Shown: positions 31,839 to 41,666 of the stretch, one piece after another
How the letters are laid out: the number at the start of each line of letters is the position of its first letter
Numbering within the stretch: position 1 is the first letter of the stretch
Virus record (IMG/VR): IMGVR_UViG_3300032005_000008
Coordinates: 1-47,053 of that record
Source: a virus
Length of the DNA stretch: 47,053 bases
Strand: one strand, 5' to 3'
Notes under the pieces: model-generated
What the model saw: the letters and a program-made list of their open reading frames with translations, nothing else
Databases searched by the model: none
What the model was told of the DNA's origin: nothing
Position numbers and translations under genes: made by a program

Positions 31839-32855
31839 ATGCCAACCATTCTCTCGGACGTCGTGTTCCGCGACGAACTGCGCGACTACATCACCGTCAA
31901 CAGCGTGGAGCGCACCGCGTTCTTCGAGTCGGGCATCCTGACCAACAACTCGGACATGTCCACGCTGCTGGCCAGCCCGTCCAACACCTTCACCATTCCG
32001 TGGTGGGTTGACCTGGACGCGTCCATCGAGTCCAACTACTCGAACGACGTCTACACCGACATCGCGGTACCGCTGTCGGTCACCAGCTCCAGCATGCAGG
32101 CGCGCGCTGCGTACCTCAACGAAGGCTGGAACTGCATGAACCTGGTGAAGAACATCACCAAACAGGATCCCCTGGAGTTCGTTGCGGGCCGACTGCTCAG
32201 CTACTGGCGCCGTGTGGCCCAGCGCCGCGCCATCGCTACCGTCGTGGGCATCTACAACGACAACGTCGCATCCAATGGCGGCGACATGGTGGTGGACGCC
32301 GGCGGCCAGATCACTGCCGCAGCAATCATCCGCGCCAAAGCGACCATGGGCGACTACTCCGGCCAGCTGGGCGGCCTGAGCGTGATCGCAATGCACTCGG
32401 CCGTGCAGACCGAGTTGCAGATCCTCAACCTGATCGATTTCACCCCGATTGCCGACCAGACGCCTGAATTCGGTCGCTTCCAGGGTATGCGCGTTGTGGT
32501 GGATGACGGCATGCCGGTCATCACCGGTACGCCGAACAAGTACCTGTCGGTGATCTTCGGCCCGGGCGCCCTTGGCTTCGCCGAGGAAACCCCGCCTGGC
32601 GAAGACGGCCTGGAATACGAGCGTGCCCCAGATCGCGGCAACGGTGGTGGTGCGGAAACCCTGTGGAACCGTCGCAACTTCGTGATGCACCCACTGGGCT
32701 ACTCATTCCTGAGCGCGACCATCACCGGCACGCCGACCACCACCCGGCCGATCTCGGCCAACTGGGCTGACCTGGCGCTGGCAACCAACTGGGAGCGCAA
32801 GTTCGCTCGCAAGCAGGTGCCACTGGCGTTCATCACTTCCACCGTTGGCGCCTAA
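31839..32855 (+). CDS. major capsid protein
   Basis: 338 aa, called from its position after the scaffold and its composition. Confidence 0.85.
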   Translation: MPTILSDVVFRDELRDYITVNSVERTAFFESGILTNNSDMSTLLASPSNTFTIPWWVDLDASIESNYSNDVYTDIAVPLSVTSSSMQARAAYLNEGWNCMNLVKNITKQDPLEFVAGRLLSYWRRVAQRRAIATVVGIYNDNVASNGGDMVVDAGGQITAAAIIRAKATMGDYSGQLGGLSVIAMHSAVQTELQILNLIDFTPIADQTPEFGRFQGMRVVVDDGMPVITGTPNKYLSVIFGPGALGFAEETPPGEDGLEYERAPDRGNGGGAETLWNRRNFVMHPLGYSFLSATITGTPTTTRPISANWADLALATNWERKFARKQVPLAFITSTVGA

Positions 32856-32903
32856 GCGCTTTCCGGCCTCTTCGGGGGCCGGAATCCTTGAAGGAGAAGA
32901 ATC

Positions 32904-33113
32904 ATGACAGTCGCAAAAGACAAGCACATTGATCCGAACGTGAAAGCCCGCTGGGGGTTCGGTGGTACGGAGGGGGCCATCACTGTTGGGCCTGAGACCG
33001 TTGGCGAGACTGGTGGCGTTGACTCCGCCAGGACCGAGCCGGACGAAAAGGCAGCACGCAACAATGGCGGCGGCGAAAACACCGAAGCCGCGAAAGCGGG
33101 CAAGACCAAGTAA
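32904..33113 (+). CDS. small Gly-rich head-associated protein
   Basis: GGAGAAG RBS, 69 aa. Confidence 0.5.
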   Translation: MTVAKDKHIDPNVKARWGFGGTEGAITVGPETVGETGGVDSARTEPDEKAARNNGGGENTEAAKAGKTK

Positions 33114-33152
33114 CACCGGGGCCTCGGCCCCACTCATTCGAACGGAGGCCAG

Positions 33153-33545
33153 ATGGCAACCTACATCACTGTGGCGGACGTAGACGCCATCCTCGGATCC
33201 AGCTGGACCACCGAGGACAAGAAGGCGCGCGCAGTATTGCAGGCCAACGCCTATCTGACCTCGCTCAACCTGGTAGGCATCGACATGGATGCCATCCCTG
33301 GCGACGTGAAGCAGGCCGGCGCCGAGCTGGCGGCTGTAGCTGCTGAAGGGAAGTTGTACCAGCAACACACCGAGGGATCGCTGGAGGCCAAGACGGTCAA
33401 AGCCGGATCGGTAACGACCAGCAAGACTTTCGCCTCGATCGACTCGAGCAAAACCACTTCGTTGCCCGACGGCGTTCAGTTCGCCCTGAGCCTGTTGCAG
33501 CCGTGGCGCAGCAATACATTCTCGTTCCGCGTCGACAGGGGTTGA
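33153..33545 (+). CDS. head-tail connector/adaptor protein
   Basis: Called from position and its N-terminus MATYITVADVDAILG, typical of gp6-like adaptors. Confidence 0.65.
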   Translation: MATYITVADVDAILGSSWTTEDKKARAVLQANAYLTSLNLVGIDMDAIPGDVKQAGAELAAVAAEGKLYQQHTEGSLEAKTVKAGSVTTSKTFASIDSSKTTSLPDGVQFALSLLQPWRSNTFSFRVDRG

Positions 33546-33548
33546 GCC

Positions 33549-33908
33549 ATGGGCCTGCGTGAAGAGATCCAGGCCGACCTGGCCGAGGCCTTCGACACTG
33601 ACTTGGCAGACGCTGTGCAGCCATTCAGCGGCGGCGTGACGCTGCCAGGAACGTGGGATCCGGTCAGTGAGGTGGCTGGTCCGCCCGTCGTGATTGCCTA
33701 CACCGGCCGCGGCGTGTTCGACGCCTTCAAAATCGCCCAGGTCGACGGCGTGAACATTCGCGCAACTGACCAGCTGCTGATCGCGCTGACCAACGAAACG
33801 ATCGGGGGAGTTCCGGACATCGGCCACAAGATCAACGATTTCGACGTGGTCAACGTCCAGGTTGACCCGGCCGGCGCGCACTACGAGATCCAGCTGAGGA
33901 AAGTCTGA
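33549..33908 (+). CDS. head closure / head-tail joining protein
   Basis: Called from its position in the connector module. Confidence 0.55.
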   Translation: MGLREEIQADLAEAFDTDLADAVQPFSGGVTLPGTWDPVSEVAGPPVVIAYTGRGVFDAFKIAQVDGVNIRATDQLLIALTNETIGGVPDIGHKINDFDVVNVQVDPAGAHYEIQLRKV

Positions 33909-34483
33909 TGACCACCAAAGCGGGCTGGAGCCATAGCCTCACGGAATTTGCAGACCAGGCTGGCGAGGACATCACCCAGATGGCGCGCGTCATCGCGACC
34001 GCCATGCTCACGGAAGTGGTGAACCGCTCCCCGGTCGGAAACCCAGACCTGTGGCAGGCCAACGTTGCGCTGCGCACGAAGAACGTGGCGCTGGCTGATG
34101 CCTATGACGCGAACGTCGACGCCCGCAACGCGGCGCGCACCGGTGGCAGGGCATTCAAGAAGCTGACCAAGCGCGAGCGCGAAGAGAACTACTTCGTAAA
34201 AGCGCAGGCAGCGGGGAAGGGCTACATCGGCGGCACGTTCCGAGGCAGTCACCTGGTATCGATCGGCGCGCCCGACATGACCGTGACCGACAACATCGAC
34301 CCGTCCGGCCGCGAAACGATCAGCAAGGGCAGTATGCTCATCAAGGCGTCAGGCCAGTTCCCCGTCATCTACATCCAAACGAACAGCCCCTACGGCGAGA
34401 TGCTGGAGCTGGGGCATTCCACGCAGGCGCCCGGCGGGGTTTATGACCTCGCGTTCATCGGCGTATCCGAGGCCTACAAATGA
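33908..34483 (+). CDS. tail completion protein (HK97 gp10-like)
   Basis: Called from position and the C-terminal pattern SPYGEMLELGHS. Confidence 0.6.
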   Translation: MTTKAGWSHSLTEFADQAGEDITQMARVIATAMLTEVVNRSPVGNPDLWQANVALRTKNVALADAYDANVDARNAARTGGRAFKKLTKREREENYFVKAQAAGKGYIGGTFRGSHLVSIGAPDMTVTDNIDPSGRETISKGSMLIKASGQFPVIYIQTNSPYGEMLELGHSTQAPGGVYDLAFIGVSEAYK

Positions 34484-34875
34484 CCTTCGAGCAGATCAGA
34501 GCGCTCATCACCGGCCGCATGGTCGCTTTCGCTGGCATTGACCAGGCGCGGATCGATTACCCCAACCAACCTACTGTGTTCACCCCACCGGAAACCGGTC
34601 TCTGGTGCCGCCTGAATATCCAGTACGCCTCGGCCTTCATGGCCGGCATGGCCGACCGTCCCCACACCCGCAAGCCCGGTCAGATCAGCATCCAGTGCTT
34701 CGCCCGCGAGCGCACCGGCACCAAAGCCGTCACCGAACTTGCCGACGCGCTTGAGGCGCACTTCGCCTACTGGATGTCCGGCGACCTTGAGTGCATGGAA
34801 GCCAGCCAAGTGGTCGCCGGCGAGTTCGAGGGCTTCTACCAAATCAACGTCAACATCCGGTTTCGCGCCGGCTGA
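34480..34875 (+). CDS. tail terminator protein (DUF4128-like)
   Basis: Called from position and the N-terminal pattern FEQIRALI. Confidence 0.6.
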   Translation: MTFEQIRALITGRMVAFAGIDQARIDYPNQPTVFTPPETGLWCRLNIQYASAFMAGMADRPHTRKPGQISIQCFARERTGTKAVTELADALEAHFAYWMSGDLECMEASQVVAGEFEGFYQINVNIRFRAG

Positions 34876-34894
34876 CAGCAAAGCAACCGCCACG

Positions 34895-34915
34895 CCCGCG
34901 CCTGCGGGTTTTTTA
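34895..34915 (+). terminator. intrinsic terminator
   Basis: CCCGC-gcct-GCGGG followed by T6. Confidence 0.6.
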
Positions 34916-34937
34916 TGCCCGCGAATAGGAGGCTCCA

Positions 34938-36098
34938 ATGAGCTCTGGCGCAAAAGTTGTAAGCCACATCATCGCCGAGGTTACGCCCGGCGTTACCCCG
35001 GCCGGCACATGGGACACGCTGCGCCTCACTGGCAACGCGCTGACCCCGACCGTCAACACCCAAGTCAGTGACGAGATCACCGACACCCGCCTGAGCCAGG
35101 GTTCTGTGGCCACCAGCATCGATATCGGCGGCGACCTGACGGCGGAGTTCTCGTTTGGCTCGTTCGACCAGCTGCTGGAGGCCGCATTTTACGGCAACTG
35201 GTCAGGCAACGTGCTGAGTGTCGGCGATACCCGGCACACCTTCAGCATCGCCAAGGGTTACGACGATGTCGGCGTCTATGGCGTGTTCAAGGGGGCTCAC
35301 GTCTCCACCTTCGCGCTGGACATCCCGTCCGACGGCAAGATTACCGCCACTTTCAACATGGCCTGCCTGGACTACGAGGACAGCGAGACGCCGATCGTTG
35401 TTTCGCCGAACGCGCCAACCACTTCACCATTCCTGTCGAACAACAACGTCGGCACGATCCTGGTGAACGGGCAATCACTGGAAGGTGTGGCCTGCGTCTC
35501 TGCCATGACGGTGAATCTGGACAACAGCTTGCAGACTCAGCGCTGCCTCGGTTCCGATAGCCTGGGCCCTGGTGCGCATATCGCCACCGAGGCGGCAATC
35601 ACCGGAAGCATCACGCTGGCCTGGTCCAAGCGTGCATGGGAAATCTGGAAGAACACCTTCACCCGTGCGCCGATCGCGGTGGTGTTCCCGATCACCGACT
35701 CCCTGGGCAACCGGTACACCTTTACTTTCCCTGCGGTGGAGGTGGACGGCGAACTGCCGAACGGCGGCAAGCGCGACCTGATCGAGGTAACGCTGAACTA
35801 CACCGTCGCCAAGGTCAGCCCCACCATCACCCGCGTCCCATTCGTGCCGGTGGTTAGCGTTGCCGTGGCTCCGACAACTGCATCGATCGAGGTGGCAGCA
35901 ACTCAGCAACTCACCGCGTCAGCTCTGCCGGCCGAAGCCGCGCAGAACGTCACCTGGTCGAGTTCGGCGCCGAGTGTGGCAACCGTCAGCTCGTCTGGCC
36001 TGGTCACCGGTGTGTCTGTCGGATCGGCGACCATCACGGCTACCAGCGTCTCGGACGTCACCAAGACCAGCACCTCCGCAATCACCGTCACCGCGTAA
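34938..36098 (+). CDS. major tail protein with C-terminal Big_2 Ig-like domain
   Basis: AGGAGG RBS. The C-terminus VTWSSSAPSVATVSSSGLVTGVSVGSATITATS matches the Big_2 pattern. Confidence 0.85.
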   Translation: MSSGAKVVSHIIAEVTPGVTPAGTWDTLRLTGNALTPTVNTQVSDEITDTRLSQGSVATSIDIGGDLTAEFSFGSFDQLLEAAFYGNWSGNVLSVGDTRHTFSIAKGYDDVGVYGVFKGAHVSTFALDIPSDGKITATFNMACLDYEDSETPIVVSPNAPTTSPFLSNNNVGTILVNGQSLEGVACVSAMTVNLDNSLQTQRCLGSDSLGPGAHIATEAAITGSITLAWSKRAWEIWKNTFTRAPIAVVFPITDSLGNRYTFTFPAVEVDGELPNGGKRDLIEVTLNYTVAKVSPTITRVPFVPVVSVAVAPTTASIEVAATQQLTASALPAEAAQNVTWSSSAPSVATVSSSGLVTGVSVGSATITATSVSDVTKTSTSAITVTA

Positions 36099-36112
36099 CC
36101 GCGTCACCTTGG

Positions 36113-36152
36113 CCGCCCCGGCATTCACGCCGGCCGGGGCGGTCCTTTTATT
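36113..36152 (+). terminator. intrinsic terminator
   Basis: CCGCCCCGG, a loop, then CCGGGGCGG, followed by TCCTTTTATT. Confidence 0.6.
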
Positions 36153-36174
36153 GGCGAGGCGTTGAGGAATTACC

Positions 36175-36660
36175 ATGGCTCTGCAAATGGGCAAAAAGAA
36201 GACTGCGGTCACCGGCGAGCGCTGGGCGAAGTTCGACGAAGACACCAAGGTTCTGCTGGCTGGCATCGACAACCCTGAATACCAGGTCGCCCTTGAGCGC
36301 ATGCGGCGCCGTATCCAGCGCAACGACGCGCGCTTCGAGGAGGGCCAGGTCGGCGTGGTCGCCGGCGAGAAGACCGAGCACCAGAACCACTCGATGCTGC
36401 TCAGCCACTTCATTGTGAAGGATTGGGAGGGCGTCCTGGATGCCGAGGGAAACCCGGTCAAATACAGCCCAGCGGTTGCCGCTGAGTTGCTGGAGAACAA
36501 CATCGAGTTCTTCATCTTCGTCCTGCGCGAAGGCGCGGCAGCCGCCAATGATGCCGCCGAAGAGCGAGCCGAGTCGGTGGGAAAGCCGTCGCCCGCTTCG
36601 AATGGGAGCAAGAGTGGGGCGGGGAAAGTGAAAAGCGCCGCGCGGTCTACGCGCGCCTGA
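36175..36660 (+). CDS. tail assembly chaperone (lambda G analogue)
   Basis: It lies between the major tail and tape measure genes and has an acidic C-terminal half. Confidence 0.75.
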   Translation: MALQMGKKKTAVTGERWAKFDEDTKVLLAGIDNPEYQVALERMRRRIQRNDARFEEGQVGVVAGEKTEHQNHSMLLSHFIVKDWEGVLDAEGNPVKYSPAVAAELLENNIEFFIFVLREGAAAANDAAEERAESVGKPSPASNGSKSGAGKVKSAARSTRA

Positions 36661-36662
36661 GG

Positions 36663-36902
36663 TTGAGCGTTCCGGACGAACCGGAGAACGATCCGCTCAC
36701 TGCGTACCTGCTCAACCTCTATCGCAACGTCTGCCGCGGCCGCCGGTACATCGCCGGCATGGCCGGGGCCTTCCCATTACCTCTGTCAGGGCGGGATATC
36801 TCCGACTGGCTGGAGGCGCATCCATCGCCATTGCCGCGCGACGAGGTTGACGAGGTGATGTTTACGCTGGATGCGCTGTGCTTGGCTTTGGATGAGGCAT
36901 AG
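36663..36902 (+). CDS. tail assembly chaperone -1 frame extension (lambda T analogue; probably made as a G-T fusion)
   Basis: The ORF is in the -1 frame relative to G, and that frame is open from at least 36600. GGGGAAAG lies at 36621-36628. Confidence 0.6.
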   Translation: MSVPDEPENDPLTAYLLNLYRNVCRGRRYIAGMAGAFPLPLSGRDISDWLEAHPSPLPRDEVDEVMFTLDALCLALDEA

Positions 36903-36903
36903 A

Positions 36904-37290
36904 ATGAATGCTCATAGCCATGGAGCGCGAAGCATGCAAAGAAACTGGGATCTGATCAGGATGATCTTGCTGGACCTGGAACAGGCCGATGGACAGCATA
37001 TAAAAGCAAAGGAAATGCCTCCGTTTCCAGCTGATTGGGTTGCCCTTCACATGAAGATGATGGAGGAAGGTGGCCTGATTGAAGGGAATGACCCTGGGTT
37101 TTTGAGTGGCCCTCCGCAATTCTTCGCGCTTGGATTGACGTGGAAGGGGCGCGAGCTCCTCGACAGCATCAGAACCGATTCGGTGTGGGGAAAGACGAAA
37201 GGGCTGCTCAAGGAAAAAGGGGTTGGCCTGACTCTTGATACCATAAAAGCGGCAGTTACTGCCGTGGTGACCCAGCTGATGAAATCCTGA
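36904..37290 (+). CDS. DUF2513-like protein (winged-helix-like)
   Basis: MQRNWDLIRMILLDLEQ matches the DUF2513 N-terminal pattern. Alternative start at 36934. AT-richer than its flanks. Confidence 0.65.
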   Translation: MNAHSHGARSMQRNWDLIRMILLDLEQADGQHIKAKEMPPFPADWVALHMKMMEEGGLIEGNDPGFLSGPPQFFALGLTWKGRELLDSIRTDSVWGKTKGLLKEKGVGLTLDTIKAAVTAVVTQLMKS

Positions 37291-37348
37291 TTTTGTGGCT
37301 GCAATGTGGATGGTGGTAGATTGATGCCACTTTCAGGGAGGGTGGGAT

Positions 37349-37789
37349 TTGAGACGATTATTGCTGATTGGTTTTGGCTGCATTGCTATAGCAGGATGCG
37401 AGACGACCAGGGTTTCGCCGGAACAGGCCCGTCCGGTGTCTTCGGAGGACGTGTATGCATTCAGTCGACCCTCTAGCCCCAGCGACGCCAGGATCGTGTT
37501 CACCCAGGATTCTGGTGCCTTGAGCTGCTTTGGTGCGGGCATGCAGATCTTCCTTGATGAAAAATTGGCTGCCGAGACTAGCAACGGAGAATCGGTGAAG
37601 CTCTATCACAAGCCGGGCCCAACGCAGCTGAGCATCAAAAACAAGGCCGGATGTGCTGGTGGTGATTTGCGCGGCCTGTTGCTGGATCTGAAGCCAGGCT
37701 ACTCATATTCCGTTCGTGGATACCGCGGCGCATGGGATAAAGCAGAGCCATTGCTGACATCGCCCGAGCCATTCCAATACAGGAAGTGA
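37349..37789 (+). CDS. lipoprotein
   Basis: The TTG start follows GGAGG at 8 nt. The signal peptide and lipobox read LLLIGFGCIAIAGC. Confidence 0.65.
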   Translation: MRRLLLIGFGCIAIAGCETTRVSPEQARPVSSEDVYAFSRPSSPSDARIVFTQDSGALSCFGAGMQIFLDEKLAAETSNGESVKLYHKPGPTQLSIKNKAGCAGGDLRGLLLDLKPGYSYSVRGYRGAWDKAEPLLTSPEPFQYRK

Positions 37790-37790
37790 A

Positions 37791-38090
37791 ATGAAGCCGA
37801 CCTTCGCGATTCTTCTCGCCGTCCTTTCCTTTTGCTCAGCGGAGGCATTTGCCGCCGGGGATTCCTGCAAGAAAATCTCGGCGCTGGCTGGGCAGGCCAT
37901 GACGGCGCGCCAGAACGGTCAGCTGCTTGAGGATTCGCTCGACAAGATCGGCGACGGCAGCAAATTCGCCCAGGGAGTGATCCTGAAGGCCTACGACCAG
38001 CCACTGATGCCGAACAAACACGCCAAGGAAGAGGCAGTGAAAGAATTCCAAAACTCCGCATTTCGCGAATGTCTCGACGCAAATAGCTGA
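37791..38090 (+). CDS. secreted small protein
   Basis: AGGAAG RBS. The signal peptide is MKPTFAILLAVLSFCSAEAFA. Confidence 0.65.
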   Translation: MKPTFAILLAVLSFCSAEAFAAGDSCKKISALAGQAMTARQNGQLLEDSLDKIGDGSKFAQGVILKAYDQPLMPNKHAKEEAVKEFQNSAFRECLDANS

Positions 38091-38108
38091 CAGAAGTTAG
38101 ACCAAACG

Positions 38109-38130
38109 ACCCGCTCCGGCGGGTTTTTTT
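38109..38130 (+). terminator. intrinsic terminator
   Basis: ACCCGC-tccg-GCGGGT followed by T7. Confidence 0.8.
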
Positions 38131-38147
38131 ACGCCTGGAGAAAAACA

Positions 38148-41063
38148 ATGGCTCAGACATCCCGCCTGGTTCTTGAAATTGACAGTCGGGACGCCGAGCA
38201 AAAAGCGGCCGACACCCGCAAGGCACTTGAGGCACTGGAGGGTGCAGGCCTCCGCGCCAAGCCTGTGCTGGATAAGCTGGCTGACGGCATCGACAGTGTC
38301 GGTGAGTCCTCAGAGTCCACTGGCAAAAAAGTCAAAACTCAGAAAGAACAGCTGGAAGAGCTGCTGGGCAGCATTGACCCTGTAACCCGAAAGCTTGGCG
38401 AACTTGATAAGCAAGAAAAGGAGCTGGCGAAAAATCGCAAGCTCGGCCTGATTGATGCGGACACCTTCGCTGAATACCAATCGAAGATAAACACCACTCG
38501 TACGGATCTCGGTCGATTCAATACCGACCTCAACAAAGCAGGGATGACGGCTAAGGCTACTTCCGCCGCTCTTCGCGGTGTACCCGCTCAATTCACCGAT
38601 ATCGCCGTATCCCTGCAAGGGGGCCAGGCGCCTTTGACCGTGTTCTTGCAGCAGGGCGGGCAGCTGAAGGATATGTTCGGCGGGGTCGGGCCGGCTGCCA
38701 AGGCGCTGGGTGGCTACGTTCTCGGCCTGGTGAATCCTTTTACAGTGGCCGCCGCGGCAGTGGGCGCGCTAACGCTGGCTTATTACCAAGGATCAAAGGA
38801 GCAAGACGCGTATCGACTGGCGATCGTTACCACGGGGAACGCCGCGGGAACGTCAACCATTGCGTTGGCAGAGATGGCGAAGCGCATAAGTTCAACGGTG
38901 GGCACTACTGCGGAGGCGGCTACCGCCCTGGCACAGCTGGCTGCGACCGGGAAAATCACCAGTTCCAGCTTCGAGCAGATCGCTACCTCGGCAATCGCCT
39001 TTGAGAAGTCGACCGGGAAAGCCGTGTCTGAAACGATCGCGGAATTCGTCAGATTGGCAGACGACCCAGTGAAGGCCGTAGCCGACCTGAACGATAAATA
39101 CAACTTCCTTACCGCGTCTGTTTATGAGCAGGTTCGAGCCGCCCAGGAGATGGGTGAGAAGGAAGCGGCGGCAGCTATTGCCCAGGAAGCCTATGCCAAA
39201 GCACTAGGCGAGCGAGCCGCTACTATGAAGGCGAATCTCGGTACGCTTGAGCGCGCCTGGAGCGATCTAGCCGGCGCAGCCAAGGAGGGTTGGGATGCAA
39301 TTCTCGGCGTCGGGCGTGAGTCCAGGGACGGCCCGGACGTTAAGGCAATCCAACAAAAAATCAATTATTTGAAGTCAACGCTGGACACTGGCTACGAGGA
39401 CGATAACGCGCGGGAGCGAATCGCATCGCTTCAGGCCGAACTGGACGCCTACACCAAAAAAGCGAAAGCCGAACAGGATGCAGCCGATGCGGCGGCGCGG
39501 AATGCCCAGGTCCAGCGCGATGGTCAGGTTGCGTACGAATCGTTCCAAAAGAGCATCGAGGATAACTTCACAAAACGCCAGAAGATGAACAAGGCGTTGG
39601 AGGACGAAGAGAAACGCATTAGTGCTGCGCGAGCGGCAGGCTATACGATTACTGCCGAGCAGGAGAAGGCAGCGCTCAAGGCAATCCGCGAAAATTCAAT
39701 CTACAAGGAGGCAGCCGAGAAAAAGCCCAAGGCATACCGGGAAGACGCCGGCATGAAGGCGCTCGACCAGGCCCGCCAGCAATACTCGGTGCTGCAGCAG
39801 CAGAACGCCCTGATCGGCGTGCAGAAGGGCGAAGTAGACAAACTTGGCACGGCCGGGCAGGCCCTGGTGAAGTGGGAGCAGGAACTCGCCGATATCAAGG
39901 GAAAGCAGACCCTGACTGCGGACCAGAAGGCGCTTATCGCCAACCAGGAACTGATCACTGCCCAACTGAAAAAAAATGCGGCGCTTGAGAGAGAAAACCA
40001 GCTCAAGAAAATCTCCAGCGATGAAACACAGAAGCTCGCGGCTTTCCAGACCAACCTGGCGAGCCAACTGGCGAAGGCACAGACCGGCCTGGACAACAAT
40101 CTCGCCGGGATGGGGATGGGCGATCAGCAGCGGCAGCGCCTACAGGAGCAGCTGAGCATTCAGCAGCAGTATCAAACGCAATTGGATGCGCTGGAGCAGC
40201 AGCACAACGAAGGGCGCATCAGCGACAGCCTCTACAACAAGGAGACTGAGTCGCTTCGAACCGCTCTGCAAAGCCGCCTGACGATGCAGCAGCAGTACTA
40301 CACCGACGTGGACAAGGCCCAATCTGACTGGTCGCTCGGTGCCTCATCGGCGTTCCAGACTTATTCGGAGCAGGCCGCCAACGTGGCAGGGCAGACCCGG
40401 GAGCTATTCACCCGAGCCTTCACCAACATGGAAGACGCTGTCGTCAAGTTCGTCCGGACGGGGAAACTGTCCTTCAAGGACTTCGCCAATGGCGTGATCG
40501 AGGATCTGATCCGCATCCAGGTTCGGCAAGCTGCTGCTGGATTCCTTAGCTCTGCATTCGGGATGCTCACCGGCGGCGGTGCGGCAGCAGGCAATGGCCT
40601 GGCCGCCGGATCTGCTGGCGCTACGTCTTCGAGTCTCGGTGCGTCCTCCGCTGGATATGGCTCGAAGTTCGGCTTCTCCGACGGCGGCTACACCGGCGAC
40701 GGCGGCAAGTACGAGCCGAAGGGCGTGGTGCATGGTGGCGAGTTCGTGGTTCGCAAGGAGGCGGTGAGCCAGCCGGGCGTGCGTGAGTTCCTCGAGCGAA
40801 TGAACGCCAACGCGAAAGGGTATGCGGACGGCGGCTATGTGGGGTCCACGCCAGCGGCCACTTCAAACGTGGTTCCGATCTCGTCCGCGCCGGGTGCTGG
40901 GCCGGTGATCCAGCAGACCTTCAGCTTCCAAGGCACTCCGGACGACGCCACCATCAACATGGTCAGGGAAGCAGCCATGCAAGGGGCGAAGGGCGGCTAC
41001 GAGCTGGTCGTTCGCGACCTGAAAATGAACGGAACAATCCGCCAGCTGATCGCGCGGCGCTAA
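38148..41063 (+). CDS. tail tape measure protein
   Basis: 971 aa with long coiled coils, a hydrophobic Gly/Ala segment, and a C-terminal GGYTGDGGKYEPKGVVHGGEFV motif. Confidence 0.95.
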   Translation: MAQTSRLVLEIDSRDAEQKAADTRKALEALEGAGLRAKPVLDKLADGIDSVGESSESTGKKVKTQKEQLEELLGSIDPVTRKLGELDKQEKELAKNRKLGLIDADTFAEYQSKINTTRTDLGRFNTDLNKAGMTAKATSAALRGVPAQFTDIAVSLQGGQAPLTVFLQQGGQLKDMFGGVGPAAKALGGYVLGLVNPFTVAAAAVGALTLAYYQGSKEQDAYRLAIVTTGNAAGTSTIALAEMAKRISSTVGTTAEAATALAQLAATGKITSSSFEQIATSAIAFEKSTGKAVSETIAEFVRLADDPVKAVADLNDKYNFLTASVYEQVRAAQEMGEKEAAAAIAQEAYAKALGERAATMKANLGTLERAWSDLAGAAKEGWDAILGVGRESRDGPDVKAIQQKINYLKSTLDTGYEDDNARERIASLQAELDAYTKKAKAEQDAADAAARNAQVQRDGQVAYESFQKSIEDNFTKRQKMNKALEDEEKRISAARAAGYTITAEQEKAALKAIRENSIYKEAAEKKPKAYREDAGMKALDQARQQYSVLQQQNALIGVQKGEVDKLGTAGQALVKWEQELADIKGKQTLTADQKALIANQELITAQLKKNAALERENQLKKISSDETQKLAAFQTNLASQLAKAQTGLDNNLAGMGMGDQQRQRLQEQLSIQQQYQTQLDALEQQHNEGRISDSLYNKETESLRTALQSRLTMQQQYYTDVDKAQSDWSLGASSAFQTYSEQAANVAGQTRELFTRAFTNMEDAVVKFVRTGKLSFKDFANGVIEDLIRIQVRQAAAGFLSSAFGMLTGGGAAAGNGLAAGSAGATSSSLGASSAGYGSKFGFSDGGYTGDGGKYEPKGVVHGGEFVVRKEAVSQPGVREFLERMNANAKGYADGGYVGSTPAATSNVVPISSAPGAGPVIQQTFSFQGTPDDATINMVREAAMQGAKGGYELVVRDLKMNGTIRQLIARR

Positions 41064-41081
41064 GCCTTTAAGGAGTACTGC

Positions 41082-41666
41082 ATGGCTCTCACGTGGCCGG
41101 CTTCGCTGCGCCCGTCAGAAATGACGTGGGGCATCGTCAACAACAGTCGGGCGTTCACTTCGACGCTATCGAATGCGCAGCAGATCGTCGGCTACGCGGG
41201 CGCCTACTGGCAGTGCACGCTGACCTTTGGGTTGCTCACCAGGGCGCAGGAGCGCGAGCTGTCCTCGTTTCTCGGGAAGCTGGACGGGATGTTCGGAACA
41301 TTCAACCTGCCAGCGTTCACCCGGCGACGAACCAACAGCGTCGGCGCGCTCACCGTGGTCACCGGCAACGCCCAGGCGAGAACGATGGCGCTGGCTGGGG
41401 CAACTCCCAGCACCGCGATTTTCGCCGCCGGCGACTACATCACTATCGCGGGCGAGATGTTTGAGGTCACCGACGCTGTTTCATCGAATGCCCAGGGCGG
41501 CCTGACCGTTGCGCTCAACAAGCGGATCCGCAAGGCGCTCACGCCTGGCGCGGCAGTTGAGTACCTGAACCCATATTCGGAGATGCGCATGACGTCGGAC
41601 ACTTGGTCCATGTCGGTTCGTCCAGTCATCGCCAATGGCAGCTATCAATTCAGGGAGGCTTTCTGA
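41082..41666 (+). CDS. minor tail protein (distal tail region)
   Basis: Called from its position after the tape measure. Confidence 0.65.
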   Translation: MALTWPASLRPSEMTWGIVNNSRAFTSTLSNAQQIVGYAGAYWQCTLTFGLLTRAQERELSSFLGKLDGMFGTFNLPAFTRRRTNSVGALTVVTGNAQARTMALAGATPSTAIFAAGDYITIAGEMFEVTDAVSSNAQGGLTVALNKRIRKALTPGAAVEYLNPYSEMRMTSDTWSMSVRPVIANGSYQFREAF

